NCBI GenBank assembly: GCA_965262915.1
Contig: OZ253564.1
Location: 4,384,001 to 4,448,000 of the forward strand
From: Candidatus Spongiisociaceae bacterium
GTDB lineage: Bacteria; Actinomycetota; Acidimicrobiia; Spongiisociales; Spongiisociaceae
Length of the DNA stretch: 64,000 nucleotides
Direction: 5' to 3'
Shown: in pieces, positions 52,892 through 64,000 of the stretch
Numbering within the stretch: position 1 is the first letter of the stretch
How the letters are laid out: every line of letters begins with the position of its first letter
Translations under genes and position numbers: made by a program
Notes under the pieces: model-generated
Seen by the model: only the letters and a program-made list of their open reading frames with translations
What the model was told of the DNA's origin: nothing
The model's database searches: none

Positions 52892-54367
52892 GATGCTCCT
52901 ATGGTTGTCAAATCGATGATGGGGCGGTTTGGTGGGTGTGCAGCCAGTTCTGGTATCGGGTGGCGAGGTGGTGGTTGTGGTCTCGGCCGTGTTCGAGTGC
53001 TGAGATGCGATTGGGGTGGGTTCCGACGGCTTGGGCGGTCTGGGTGAGGGTGATGCCGCGTTGTTGGCGTCGGGTGCGTAGGCGGGCGCAGTTCGGGGTT
53101 GGGTGCGGGTTGGTGAGGAGCCGGTAGATTTCTCGGGCGATGTGCCGCTTGAGGCAGCGGATGATCTCCTTTTTCTTCTTGCCCTCGGCCTTGCGTCGTG
53201 CCACGTAGGCTTTGGTGGCGGCGTCGGTGCGCATCCGGGTGGTAGCGATCCGCCATAGCGCGTTGTTGGCTTGGCGGTTGCCGCCCCGGTTGAGACGATG
53301 CCGAAGGGTTCGTCCTGATGACGCCTGGACGGGGCTGGCGCCGCACAGCGCCGCGAAAGACCGTTCCGATTTCATTCGCTTGGGGTTGTCGCCGGCGGCG
53401 ACCAACAACGCGGCGGCTGTGTCAGGACCGACACCTTCTGTGGCCAGCAGGGCCGGGTTGGCCTGGGCGCAGAGACGCCGGATCTCGGCTTCGAGTTGGG
53501 CGATCTCTACGTCGAGGGCCTGATACCGGCGGGCCAAATGCTGTAGGGCACGCTTCGCATACGCGGTGGTGGTGTGGTCTGTGCCGGGTCGGAACCGGGC
53601 ACAGGTTTTGACCCGTGCTTTGAGATTCATGCCCTTTAGCTGGTGTTTTAGCGGCTCGGGAGCTGTTACGACCAGCGCATGTATCTGGTTAGCGGCCTGG
53701 GTGCGGGCCTTGACCGCGGAGCGGCGCACCACCCACAGCATCCGTATGCACTCGACCGGGCCCACACCGGACTTGGGAACCGCGGTTGCTTCGCCCGAGG
53801 CAGCTGCCCGAGCTGCCGCCTCGGCGTCGACGCTGTCGGTCTTGCCGCCCTTCTGGCGGCGTAGTTGGCGGTTGGGGCGGTTGACCTCCACCACCTCGAT
53901 GTTCATCTCGGTCAGGTAACGGGCCAGGCCGGCGCCGTAACTACCCGTTCCTTCCACCCCAACCCGAACCAACTGTCCCCGCGACTCGAACCAGGTGACC
54001 ATTCGCCGATAACCGGATTCCTCCACCGCGAAAGACTCCGATCCCAGTACCCGCCCGACGCCATCCACCACCGCTGCTACGTGGACGTCCCGATGGGTGT
54101 CAACCCCACCGTAGATAATCTGGTCTGCTTCTCCCATGATGCTCTTCTCCTCTAGGGGATAGAATCATTTCCGATCCCCGGACCCGTGTGCGGTTGGACA
54201 GGCCACTCACGGTGGAGAAGTTGAAGGCTCCTATTAGGTCACATCCGCCCCGGGTCAGGGGGTTACGCCCCAGGCCGGGAACGGGCCGACAGATCGATGA
54301 AAAGGCACAAGGCCAGATTTCAGTTGGGTCAGACCCGCCCTAGCCCAGGAACCCTCTAATTATGAGT
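52892..54367 (-). mobile_element. IS110 element A2
   Basis: Same ends and same insertion point as A1. Confidence 0.9.
52908..54137 (-). CDS. IS110 recombinase with C-terminal XRE-like HTH
   Basis: Diverged paralog of 4474-5703. Confidence 0.92.
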   Translation of the reverse strand: MGEADQIIYGGVDTHRDVHVAAVVDGVGRVLGSESFAVEESGYRRMVTWFESRGQLVRVGVEGTGSYGAGLARYLTEMNIEVVEVNRPNRQLRRQKGGKTDSVDAEAAARAAASGEATAVPKSGVGPVECIRMLWVVRRSAVKARTQAANQIHALVVTAPEPLKHQLKGMNLKARVKTCARFRPGTDHTTTAYAKRALQHLARRYQALDVEIAQLEAEIRRLCAQANPALLATEGVGPDTAAALLVAAGDNPKRMKSERSFAALCGASPVQASSGRTLRHRLNRGGNRQANNALWRIATTRMRTDAATKAYVARRKAEGKKKKEIIRCLKRHIAREIYRLLTNPHPTPNCARLRTRRQQRGITLTQTAQAVGTHPNRISALEHGRDHNHHLATRYQNWLHTHQTAPSSI

Positions 54368-55862
54368 GGATTTCAGTGGGGAGTGACCGATGGGAGTAGG
54401 TCCCAGTTGGGTTTCCCCGCGTAGAGAAGGGCGCGGATTCGGTAGTTCGCGAAGTTGGGTAACCCGAACGCTGCTCGTTTGATCCGTTTGATGAGGTTGT
54501 TGAGGGCTTCGGTGGGTCCGTTGGTTACCTTCGAGATGTGCCAGTTGGTGATCTGGGGGGTCCAGCGGGCGATGGTACGACCCAGCTTGTTGATCTCGGG
54601 TGGGCAGGATTCGTGTTGGAGGTCGTCTGCGAGCTGGAGGGTGTATCGGAGAGCAAGGACCGGACTCTCGATCCCGTAGATGCCTCGTACCGTCTCTTTC
54701 GCGTGCCAGGCTGTGCGCACTTCCCCGTGGGGGTCACCAGCGTCGAGGAGACCACGCAGCCGTATTTGACCGCGGTCGCTGATCCTCTCATGCGCAGCGG
54801 TTAGGAGCCGCCGTATCCGATACAGCGGGTCATCCTTGCGGCCTCTGTGTCCCAGGGTTTCGTTTTGGACTCTTCGTCGTACCTCGTCGAGACGCTGGTT
54901 GGCGAGGCGGATGACGTGGAACGGGTCCGCTACCTGCAGCGCGTGCGGTAACACCCTGTCATACGCCTTCCGATACGAACCGGACATGTCCAACACCGCC
55001 CAGCGGATAGCCTCACACCATTCGGTGGGTTGTGACCGGAACCAGGCTGCGGCGCTTTCTGCTGTTCTACCAGGGACTATGTCGAACCGGCTGGTGGCCG
55101 CCAACGTCGACGACAGAGGTGCACCAGACTTTGGTACGCCAACGGCCCCGACGCCAGAACAACGTCTCGTCCACTCCCACAGCTTCGACGGTCCCGACCC
55201 GATCGGTGTCTGCTTCCAGCAGCGCTTCGCCCCAGCGGCCAACCTCTTTGTTCACCGTATGCCAATCACAACCAAGTTCTGCGGCGACCTCGTCGACCGA
55301 ACGGCCCCGCCCACCCACCTGGATGGTCACCCACCGGGCCGCTCGGGATGTCAACAACGCCCGTTGGGGACCAATCTTGGGGTCTTGTTCGATGAACGAT
55401 CTGAGCGCACAGTCGGTGTTCGGACATGTCCAGCGCCGTTTCCGCCACCGCAGCCGCACAGGCCGGCCGAACGCCGGTAAATCCACCAACACCACACTCC
55501 GATAGCCCTTCGACCACACCGACCCGCCACAGGCCACACACAACGGCCGGGGCTTGCGGGACCGGATCACCACCTCCAACGGTGCCTCCTCGCCCGGGTC
55601 GTTGATCCCTACCAGATCAACCTCACCTAGGCCTACCAACTTCTCGCACATGCGCGCAGGGATCAGCTTCCACAGGGGTCCTCCTGCCTCGGATGTCATT
55701 ACCAACACCCGATTATGGAGGACCCCTCCTCACTTCTGGTGGATTCCAACTCCCCCTGGCAGATCCCCTACTCCCCACTCATTTCCGAAGAGCCGGTTAT
55801 TGATACTTGGTTTGAGGGCGTTCCTGGTGGTTGCTGCTGTAGGGATGACCGGATCCATCCAT

Positions 55863-56657
55863 CTACGGTGGTAATTCAGGTCCGCCGAAGTCGAGTAGCT
55901 TGACAAAGTCAGCTAACTTTCTCCGGTGTTCCAGATACTTCTGAGGTCTGTCCTCGCACTCGAAATGAAAGATGGCGTTCCGGGCCTTGGTTGCTTCCTT
56001 GAATAGACTACCGAACTCTGGGTGGCTTACGCCCTGCCACGGGCCCGACTTCACCATGCGAGTCCAAGTATCAGTCTCCGCTACGAGCTTTTTCCTGTAG
56101 TAACGGAAGTTCATCTTCTCAGGCGGCGTACCCTTATTCTCTGCGAAGGCATTGCAGAGCTCCCTCAGCCGCAACTCCAAGCGGCGAACCTCTACGAGTC
56201 CCATCGCGTGTTGATCTGTCCAGCGCACCAGATCGGCCGAAGTCATGACCCCGAAGAAGCTCCCATCCTTATCGTATGTCAGGATGAAGTCATTCTCGAA
56301 CAGGACACTGATAACGTCGACGACCGACTTATCGACAGAGAACTGCTGGAATCTCTCGGGTGGATCGCAGGCATCTCTACAGACAGGCAACCGACCACCA
56401 AGGTCGGAGAGAAGAGAGCGAGTGATCGACTTCCACGTGACTATACCTTGCAACTGTACAGGCCCATTGGAGTGGTCCACTGACTCAACGCGAACCGGCA
56501 TCTGGGAGTACTCGTGAGCGATCATGCGGGTGAGAGCCAACGACACCTCGTCATCGGGGTGAACGTACACTAGGCGGTCGTCCTTCACAGTTGCGTGAGG
56601 GATTCTTCGCAGTGCGAATTCAGAGTCTTGGCTCAACAAGGAGAACGCCGGTTTCAA
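55863..56657 (-). CDS. CBS-domain protein with C-terminal HEPN-like RxxxxH
   Basis: YSQMPV..GIVTWKSI, GVMTSADL; E.RLR, ARNAIFH. Confidence 0.7.
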   Translation of the reverse strand: MKPAFSLLSQDSEFALRRIPHATVKDDRLVYVHPDDEVSLALTRMIAHEYSQMPVRVESVDHSNGPVQLQGIVTWKSITRSLLSDLGGRLPVCRDACDPPERFQQFSVDKSVVDVISVLFENDFILTYDKDGSFFGVMTSADLVRWTDQHAMGLVEVRRLELRLRELCNAFAENKGTPPEKMNFRYYRKKLVAETDTWTRMVKSGPWQGVSHPEFGSLFKEATKARNAIFHFECEDRPQKYLEHRRKLADFVKLLDFGGPELPP

Positions 56658-56895
56658 GCTACAACCTCCAATCGCAACCGGTCCGTGCCATTCATGATGC
56701 TATACCTACCCTGCCGATTGCCTGATCGTTTAGCTGAAGCGCTTCGGAAGAACGACAAGCAATGTAATCCAAGGTACCCGAACTCAACAGATGGATGACT
56801 ACGAGGTCGGATGGCCCTGATACGATGTCGAATAGGCCTGAACACAGGATTCGAGGTTAGGAGAAACAGGTGCGGCCCGGCGGTTCGGTCTCTCA

Positions 56896-59800
56896 TTAGC
56901 CCGTGATGGTTTTTGGCGGATCGGCCTGTCCGCGATCGTTCGATCCCCAGCAGAAGATGGACCCGTTGGTACGCACTCCACAAAAATGCCCTCTCCCAAC
57001 AGCGACCGAAGTGAATTGGCCGGAGGGTATGTCAGGATGGTCCGGCCAGCAGACGAGGCTACCGTCCGCGTGTATCCCACACGTACGGGCCGCGCCAACG
57101 GCTATGGTAGTAAACCGGCCGGGCGGGGAATCCAATTGGCCGCGTGCGTTGCTGCCCCAGCAGACGACCTCCCAGTCGACTCGGATCGCACAGGAATGGT
57201 CGGCACGGGAGCCAGACACGATCTGCTCAAAGCGGCCGGACGGTGCGTCTGTCTGCCCCTGTCTATTGTCGCCCCAGCACGTGACCGAGCCGTCTGGACC
57301 TATCGCACAGGAATGGCTATCACCGGCGGCTATGTCAGTGTAGTGGCCAGATGGCGGATCGACCTGGCCCCAGTCCCTGTTGTGCCAAGGATCCCGGGAT
57401 GCGTTCGGTTCGCCCCAGCAGACAGATGTACCGTCGGTGCGTATCGCGCACGAGCCTTCGCCGCCTGCGGCGATGGCAATGAATCGACCCGGGGGAGCTT
57501 CTATCCGAGAACTATCGTATACCCAGCAGGCTATCGTGCCGTCGGTACGTATCGCACAGGTATGGACAAATCCTGTGGCTATAGCTGTGAATCTGCCATC
57601 GCGTGGTTCATTTCGGCGGTGTAAGTCGTTCCCTCCCCAACACACTAGGTTACCCTCGGTGTGTATGCCGCGGATGCCGCAGGAGTAACCGGAACCGGCT
57701 GCTATGGCTGTGAACCGGCCTGTCGGGGCTTCAGCCTGGCCGTTATTGTTGATACCCCAGCATTCGGCGGTGCCGTCTGTGCGTATTCCGCACGTGTGAT
57801 CGCTCGTGGCGGATAGCGCCTTGAATGTTCCGGTCGGGGCGGTTGCTTGCCCGGAGTCGTTATTACCCCAGCACGCGGCGGTGCCGTCTGTGCGTATCCC
57901 ACATGCGTGAGAGCCGCCCGTTGCTACAGCGTCGAAAGTCCCAGGGGGCGCTACTAACTTGCCGGTGAGCAGTCCCCCACCCCAGCAGATAACGGAGCGG
58001 TCGCTGCTGAGAATCGCGCATGTGTGGTTGTCCCCAGCGGACACGGCCGTGAACGTTCCGGTCGGGGCGTCCAAGCGACCACTTTGGTCGCTGCCCCAGC
58101 AGGCGATCGTTCCGCCGCTACGGATCGCACAGGAATGGAACGATCCGACGGCAATCGTGGGCGAACCGAGGGGCGCAGTGTCTGTTGCCGTCGGGATACC
58201 AGGCCCGGTACCCACTGTTGTCAGAGCCCGGATCAGCAGTGATGCGAGTTGGGCACGGGTCACGTGCTTGTCGGGGCAGAACCGGGGAGGGTCGGTGTCG
58301 CATCCCTTCGTCACATCCGCCGCAGCAAGCGCCTCGATAGCGAGAAGGTACGGATGGTCGGCGGGAACGTCGGTGAACCTACCCGCAGCAGTGGACGCCT
58401 TTGGGACAGTGGGCAGGAGCTGGGCTATGAACTCAGCTACTTCTCCCCGTTTGGCCGGGTCGTTGGGGCGAAAAGTACCTTGTGGGTTCGTCCATGCCTG
58501 GCCGGCGAACCGTTCCACATGTCGTGCATACCAGGCATCCGCCGCAACGTCGGAGTACACGTTCCCCGTGGCTGCGGGCAGCGAAGTATCGCCATCGGTA
58601 GCGCGGACCAGCATGACAACAAGCTGGGCGCGAGTAACCGGCCGGTGTGGGCAGAACAAGTCGAGATCCGCGTCGCATCCCCGCGTGATGGACTCCTGCG
58701 CGAGGGCTTCTATGTTCACTTCGTGGACACTTCCGTCGTCGTCACGGAACGCGCCCCCAAACGGGGGGCCGATCACCACGTCGAAAGAATCCCCGACCCG
58801 CCGTTTCACCGTCACAACTCTTGCACCCGGTGTTCCGTCGCTGTAGATGATGGGGATGCTCAGAGCTTCACCCGGCCCCAGCACGTGATCCGCCGTGTCA
58901 GCCGCTCCCCGCTGCCAGACTCTCCGATTCAGGGAGACACAGGCCAGTTCGTTGTCGCATAGCTCCGCTCGCTGGTCAACCCGGTACACCTCGACACCCT
59001 CCCTGGGAATATCGAGGTCATACCCTCCCCGAACCCTGGCACCGAGCGCATCGAATACACCGTCCTCGGTGTAGGTCATCGCAACCATCTGCTTCCCGCC
59101 ACCAGTGCGAACTCCGATAGGGTCGATACGGAACTTGACCACACCCTTCGCCGAGAACCATATCGCCACGTCGTCAGGATCCACCCACCCCGCCGCGTAA
59201 CGGTTCACCGCCGGGGTTGCTCTCCACTCCCGCTTCCCGTCGTTGGTCGGCGACCCCATAACATCCATCGGGTTGTCGTACTCCCAGCTAGCCGCCCGAC
59301 TGAAGGAATGCGGCCAATGCAGAGCATGTCCAATCTCGTGCACGTAAGTGTCGGCGAACGCGTCGCCGCCCACGATCGCCCACCGGTCGTTGCCGGGAAA
59401 CGAGGCGCAATCGTCGGCGAGACACCACTCACTCGGACCTGCCCAGCCCTCCTCACTTGAGCTTGTGTCAATAATGAGCGCACCATCGGCGCCTCCCGGC
59501 GACGCCTCCTTGACATGATCAACACAATCCGACCACTGGACGGACTGGTCGGACGTATAACGGCTGTACTCCGAGAAGGTCAACGAAGACACGTCAGGCT
59601 CGACAGTTCCACCGACCCGGAACGTCGGCCGATACCGATTCCCGGACAGCCACCGGAAATACGGGATCACGTCAGACTCGTCGTTGAGCCACTTGGTAAG
59701 GCGTTTGGGGTCATGAATGTTCGCGACTGACTCGCCAGGCGTCCAACAGATCCAAACCTCCCATGTATCGGTTCCGCTGCCATATACGGACATCCAGGGC

Positions 59801-60006
59801 AGCAAGGAGATGAGACCGTGCGGATCGAAGGTATAAGCGTTCTCGTCATACCAGTCCGGCGGCTGGGACTGGGCCCCCACCGAGATCGCGAACGAGAGCC
59901 CTAAGGCGATCGTGAACAACGAAACGGTGATCCATCCACGCCGAGAGGTGCCAGTACTGCAAGTAGGGATCATGCAGGGACACTTACTGTTTAACGGATC
60001 CATCAA
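56896..60006 (-). CDS. Secreted metallopeptidase-SLH-RCC1-repeat protein
   Basis: HEIGHALHWPH; three SLH repeats (FCP...TRAQL); many AG..H.C.IR.DG...CWG repeats. Confidence 0.88.
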   Translation of the reverse strand: MMDPLNSKCPCMIPTCSTGTSRRGWITVSLFTIALGLSFAISVGAQSQPPDWYDENAYTFDPHGLISLLPWMSVYGSGTDTWEVWICWTPGESVANIHDPKRLTKWLNDESDVIPYFRWLSGNRYRPTFRVGGTVEPDVSSLTFSEYSRYTSDQSVQWSDCVDHVKEASPGGADGALIIDTSSSEEGWAGPSEWCLADDCASFPGNDRWAIVGGDAFADTYVHEIGHALHWPHSFSRAASWEYDNPMDVMGSPTNDGKREWRATPAVNRYAAGWVDPDDVAIWFSAKGVVKFRIDPIGVRTGGGKQMVAMTYTEDGVFDALGARVRGGYDLDIPREGVEVYRVDQRAELCDNELACVSLNRRVWQRGAADTADHVLGPGEALSIPIIYSDGTPGARVVTVKRRVGDSFDVVIGPPFGGAFRDDDGSVHEVNIEALAQESITRGCDADLDLFCPHRPVTRAQLVVMLVRATDGDTSLPAATGNVYSDVAADAWYARHVERFAGQAWTNPQGTFRPNDPAKRGEVAEFIAQLLPTVPKASTAAGRFTDVPADHPYLLAIEALAAADVTKGCDTDPPRFCPDKHVTRAQLASLLIRALTTVGTGPGIPTATDTAPLGSPTIAVGSFHSCAIRSGGTIACWGSDQSGRLDAPTGTFTAVSAGDNHTCAILSSDRSVICWGGGLLTGKLVAPPGTFDAVATGGSHACGIRTDGTAACWGNNDSGQATAPTGTFKALSATSDHTCGIRTDGTAECWGINNNGQAEAPTGRFTAIAAGSGYSCGIRGIHTEGNLVCWGGNDLHRRNEPRDGRFTAIATGFVHTCAIRTDGTIACWVYDSSRIEAPPGRFIAIAAGGEGSCAIRTDGTSVCWGEPNASRDPWHNRDWGQVDPPSGHYTDIAAGDSHSCAIGPDGSVTCWGDNRQGQTDAPSGRFEQIVSGSRADHSCAIRVDWEVVCWGSNARGQLDSPPGRFTTIAVGAARTCGIHADGSLVCWPDHPDIPSGQFTSVAVGRGHFCGVRTNGSIFCWGSNDRGQADPPKTITG

Positions 60007-60258
60007 TATCGGCCTCCTAGATGAGTAGTTCGGCGTGACCGATCCGGTCGCCTAGCGGATGCGCTCCACTCCCAGACGGCCAGCTCCAGGCTCATGGCAC
60101 AGCAACCCGAGAACAATATCGTCCGGACCACAATCCAAGCGGTGGCGGCCCTCGGAAGGCACCCAGTCCCGTCATACCAACGCCTTCGATGAAACGTTAG
60201 GCCTCCCCACCGAGCATTCGGCCACCATCGCCCTCCTGACCAAGCAGATTCTGGCGGC

Positions 60259-61295
60259 CTAGATGAATAGTTCCAAGGGGTGCGGGGGCGAAATCCACCG
60301 TTTCGGGGCTTGAGGGGTCCAAGATCCAGGGTATCAAACCTTCCCCGATCCGAAAGGGCCCGGTATGGGCCCGGACCTCGACACCCTCGCTACCACACTA
60401 TACGTGACAGTCGATGATCTGTTGATCCAGCACCCCGAATGGGCGCCCCAGCGTCCCGCGGTGGGGATCGCTCCCCGACTGTCCGACGCCGAGTTGGTCA
60501 CCCTAGCGGTGATCGGGGTGCTGCTCAGGTTCGATACCGAAGCCCGTTTCCTGCGCTACGCCCACGCCCATCTGGGACCCTGGTTCCCCTATCTGCCCGC
60601 CCGGGCTGGTTACAACAAGCGGCTGCGCCGCAGCGCCGGGCTTCTCCAACATGTGATCCGGTGGCTGGCCAGAGACTCCCCGAGTTGGTGGGACGATGTT
60701 TGGCTAGTGGATTCCACCCCGGTCGAGTGCGGCCGCAGCCGCGAGACCGCCCAGCGCTCTGACCTGGGAGGATGGGCGGAATACGGCTACTGCGCGTCGC
60801 ATTCCCGCTACTTTTGGGGACTGCGTCTCCATCTCGTCGCTACACCGTCCGGTTTACCGATCACGTTCGCTCTCGCCGGCGCCAAAGCCGACGAACGCGA
60901 CATCTGCTCTGCCATGCTGTCCCACGCCCAGATAGCCCGCCAAGGCCAGACGCTCATGGCGGACAAGGGATACAAGAGCGGCCCCTTTGAGGAAGACCTC
61001 AAGACGGCTGGGATCAGCCTCATCCGACCCGCCACCAAAACAGAAACACCACGGGCGGGCAAACAGCTCCTCAAAGCGTTCCGTCAAACCATCGAATCGG
61101 TCTACGACACCCTCAAAGACCAACTCGGGCTCCAACGCCACGGCGGACGCACCCGAACCGGTGTCTGGGTACGCGTACTACAGCGCATACTCGCCCTCAC
61201 CGCCGTCATCTGGCACAACCAAACCACCCAACGGCCCGGCCCGGCCCGCTCCCTGATCGCATATGACCACTAAAACCTTGGAACAGATCATCTAG
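60259..61295 (+). mobile_element. IS982-family element
   Basis: IRs TAGATGAATAGTTCCAAGG / CCTTGGAACAGATCATCTA; CTAG at both ends. Confidence 0.85.
60365..61273 (+). CDS. IS982 transposase
   Basis: LSDAELVTLAV, VDSTP, GYCASHSRYFWG, ADKGY, RQTIES. Confidence 0.92.
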   Translation: MGPDLDTLATTLYVTVDDLLIQHPEWAPQRPAVGIAPRLSDAELVTLAVIGVLLRFDTEARFLRYAHAHLGPWFPYLPARAGYNKRLRRSAGLLQHVIRWLARDSPSWWDDVWLVDSTPVECGRSRETAQRSDLGGWAEYGYCASHSRYFWGLRLHLVATPSGLPITFALAGAKADERDICSAMLSHAQIARQGQTLMADKGYKSGPFEEDLKTAGISLIRPATKTETPRAGKQLLKAFRQTIESVYDTLKDQLGLQRHGGRTRTGVWVRVLQRILALTAVIWHNQTTQRPGPARSLIAYDH

Positions 61296-61540
61296 TAGGG
61301 CGTTACCGATACCGACGGTACGTGACCGAGTTCGCGCTCGTCACAACGTCGGCCATCCGGACACTACTGACCAGATGGCCGCCCGAGCGAAGCGAACGGA
61401 AGGCCGCTGGCTCCGCTACGACCAGCTCATCGCCAGCACGCCGGTACGTGGTCTACGACCAAAGATTGTCTGAACAGGGTTCGTTGGACCCACCCCCAGG
61501 TTACATTCCACCTGAATCCCCGAGTACCGAAGGAGGGCTC

Positions 61541-61867
61541 ATGCACCACGATCTCGACTCCAGGATAAGTACCCACATCAACGCTTTCGCGCACCATTTC
61601 GAACGTCCGCCTGACTGCTCCATCCTCCACCAGCCTCTCAAGGACACATTCGTGGAACTCCGAGAGTACGGCCAGGCCCCCGACCCGGCGGCGCATCGCC
61701 AATTCGCCGAGGACCACACCATCGCTCCCGACTTCGATCACCTCATCACCCACGTCGGCGACTCCGATCACGACGCCCACTACCACATTGAGCAGCTCCG
61801 CTCGCTGTGGGATACGGGCGACTGCACACCGGAATGCACGTGCCCCGAATACCCTTCGTTCGGATGA
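61541..61867 (+). CDS. His-rich hypothetical protein
   Basis: AAGGAGG RBS before the ATG; followed by an IS3 orfA relic (~61865-61965). Confidence 0.4.
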   Translation: MHHDLDSRISTHINAFAHHFERPPDCSILHQPLKDTFVELREYGQAPDPAAHRQFAEDHTIAPDFDHLITHVGDSDHDAHYHIEQLRSLWDTGDCTPECTCPEYPSFG

Positions 61868-62479
61868 GTTTCCGCGATCGAACAGATCGCCGCCCACTCA
61901 GAGCGATGCTCCCCCGGTGCTCCAACACCAGGCGAACCGCCCGCTCCCCAACCTCCGGACGCCGACCGCGAAGCCCACCAAGCGGAAGCCACCGCCGCCT
62001 ACGCCCGGCTGGTGTTCGAGGTTGGGGACCGGCTGGAAACCGTCGAGGGGGCCACCGTGTGCGACACCGCCCTGCGGGCCCTGGCACTGGCCCTGGGCAG
62101 CCTGCATCGGGTACCGGACGGGGATCGGCTCATCCCCATCCCCCACGACCACACCACCCGCGACATCGCCTGGCAGTACCCACCCGAAGCTATCGCCGCG
62201 GTCGACGCCCCGACCCTGGCACGGGCGTTCATCCGCCAAAAGATCGACCGTCTGCTCCACCACCACTGGTGGGCCGACCGCCACCCCACGAGTACAACAT
62301 CATCGCAGGGCTAGCCGCCCAGCTTGGCCTCTACGAACCCGCCACCGACGACGGCGGCGCCGGCGGGGATGGGGGTAGGCTCCCCCCGATGGCGCCAACC
62401 AGCCACCCCCACGGTCAACCCCCCAATCCGTCGGTGGATTCAGGCTTATTCTCACCGCTGACATTCGACTCGAATTACT

Positions 62480-62517
62480 ACTAGATAGCTAGGTAATCAA
62501 TTGCTAGCATATCTAGC
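62480..62517. promoter_or_regulatory. Imperfect palindrome, candidate MarR operator
   Basis: CTAGATAGCTAG..CTAGCATATCTAG upstream of the secreted gene; an IS1380 end relic finishes at ~62445. Confidence 0.45.
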
Positions 62518-62538
62518 ACCAGTCAAAGGGGGTAGGAT

Positions 62539-63289
62539 ATGATCCTTGATCACCGTAGGCGTTCACCATTCCGTGGACGACCCTTGGCCCTAGCGGTTGC
62601 TGTGCTTGCCATCTGTGCGCTCAATGGCACACCTGCCAACGCCGACCCGGGTCGCTCAGCGGCACAGGCAGCCACTCCGAGTGAGGCCGACAACGCGCAG
62701 GAGTTGCTTGCTCTGATGCAACGAGCGGGTATCGATGTTCAAGACACCAATGACGCAACGGAGCTTGTCCAAGCCGCTGGCGTGTCGGCGGCCGATGCCG
62801 TAGATTTGCTACGCAGCGATGAGCGCTATGCAGATGCGTTCGTGGCTCCGGTGGTCACAGCCTCGGTTGCCACCTATCGAAGTGAGACGACTTACCAACA
62901 GGCTGCGGGCAGCGACCAGCAATGTGGATGGGCAACAACACGAGTCAGCATAAAGGGCGGAACCACTGCACTTCGAAGTGCAGTGGTTCCGCTTGCGCAC
63001 GGACTGGTGTTGGACTCTCGACGAGACAGAGATCGTGGGAACGCCGACCAACGACCCTGTCACGTTTGGCGGTACAGCTTACGGCACAGCGCTGGGATAC
63101 ACGTGGACCTCGGATCCATCAATTGACTCCCATCAGTGGGTAACCGACGGTTGGAAGTACCGAATCTCGGTCAGGGGCACGTCGAAGATATGCCCACTCC
63201 GCCTCAACAGCTGCTTCTCGACAAAGACACCGTGGCTGATCCATGACATGTACGGTAACGGAACAGTCGGCAAGCAGTCGGGAACCTAA
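62539..63289 (+). pseudogene. Secreted Cys-containing protein, frameshifted near 62975
   Basis: Signal peptide in 62539-63126; continues in the 62978-63289 frame. Confidence 0.6.
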
Positions 63290-63293
63290 CCAG

Positions 63294-63536
63294 ATGAGTC
63301 AGAGCCCTTGGTTCCAATTGAGATGGCCCCCAGTACTCGCAGCAGTCCTGACAGGATGGTTCTTACCGATCATCGCTCTACAAGCTGCAGTCATCATCTC
63401 TGTGTTCTCTCTGTGGGTGTGGAGATTCCACGGCAGACATCAAGCCGGGCGGCTACTAGGCGTCGCTTTAGCCCTCGCGGTAGCGGCCGGACTCCATCTG
63501 CTATTGGCCCTACCCGTAGTCGTTGAGTTGACGTAG
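63294..63536 (+). CDS. Small membrane protein
   Basis: 80 aa, hydrophobic, 4 nt after the upstream stop. Confidence 0.6.
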   Translation: MSQSPWFQLRWPPVLAAVLTGWFLPIIALQAAVIISVFSLWVWRFHGRHQAGRLLGVALALAVAAGLHLLLALPVVVELT

Positions 63537-63693
63537 CGACCCGGTTACGGTTCAAAGTGGGCCGTGACCAACCGACCACCACGGCGGATGCCAGAACCAA
63601 CCACCACAGAAAATAGGGGTGGCGTACCGGCCAGCCCGCGAAGCGGCCACACCCGTAGACAGCACACGCGGGTCAGTCCACGGAGAGACCAAG

Positions 63694-64000
63694 ATGACAG
63701 AAGCGACCGGCAGGATCACCAACGACCCAATCGACTGGAAGATCCACAACTGGGAACAAGTACTCCCCGGTACGGGATTCGACAGAATCGAAGCAGCCGC
63801 CCGCCTGGTACAACTCGGGGCCGCCTTAACCGAACCACTGGACCAAATCGCGAGGCAAGAAGGCCTGGCAAACCAGGGTGACTACCAAGTCCTCTCGATA
63901 CTCCGACTCGCACACCACCAAGGCCAGCTCGTCACCGCCACCGACGTGGCAACCAAGCTCCAAATGACCACTGCAACAATGGTAAACCGCATAGACCGAC
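63694..64000 (+). CDS. MarR regulator (partial; paralog of 25345-25860)
   Basis: EGLANQGDYQVL..VTATDVA..MTTATMVNRIDR; runs off the window. Confidence 0.8.
   Translation, partial: MTEATGRITNDPIDWKIHNWEQVLPGTGFDRIEAAARLVQLGAALTEPLDQIARQEGLANQGDYQVLSILRLAHHQGQLVTATDVATKLQMTTATMVNRIDR

Larger units (their letters stand above)
52884..55794 (-). mobile_element. ISL3 copy 3 (frameshifted, 54373-55708) with IS110 A2 in its right IR
   Basis: IRs present; flanks CCTTATTG/GGTTATTG (6/8 match). Confidence 0.88.

Noticed and set aside
60017-60030. CTAGATGAGTAGTT (also inverted at 38085-38098) as ends of one composite element
   Set aside because: They resemble IS982-type ends but face outward and are only 14 bp; more likely separate relics.

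Overview
GC-rich accessory island with no housekeeping genes and heavy IS scarring. The gene content looks actinobacterial (SLH/RCC1 surface proteins, LCP, MerR, IS1380/ISL3/IS110/IS982); this is inferred, not proven. Defence-type loci: (i) a Bub/DUF6527 ubiquitin-like operon (876-2746); (ii) a dcm + GHKL restriction enzyme + Shedu-like operon, split and inverted by two IS1380 copies (17113-25307); (iii) a type II CBASS (CD-NTase ending GG, Cap2 E2-E1, HNH-SAVED, no Cap3) at 44049-47952. Divergent from the CBASS is a CapH-like repressor followed by an unfamiliar cassette (helical protein, HExxH protein, dUTPase-fold dCTP deaminase), the best candidate for an undescribed system. The second highlight is a set of IS110 bridge-RNA regions whose guides can be read and match their own insertion sites. 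Three IS110s hit ISL3 termini, another IS110 hits the bridge-RNA gene of one of them, and an orphan guide hairpin matches the IS110 right end. Other observations: Tn3-like 38-bp IRs repeatedly joined to IS30-like ends, a CBS-HEPN protein, a DUF6036 NTase with YegP-like repeats, and repeated regulator + secreted-protein modules. All family calls come from motifs recognised by eye; no searches were run.
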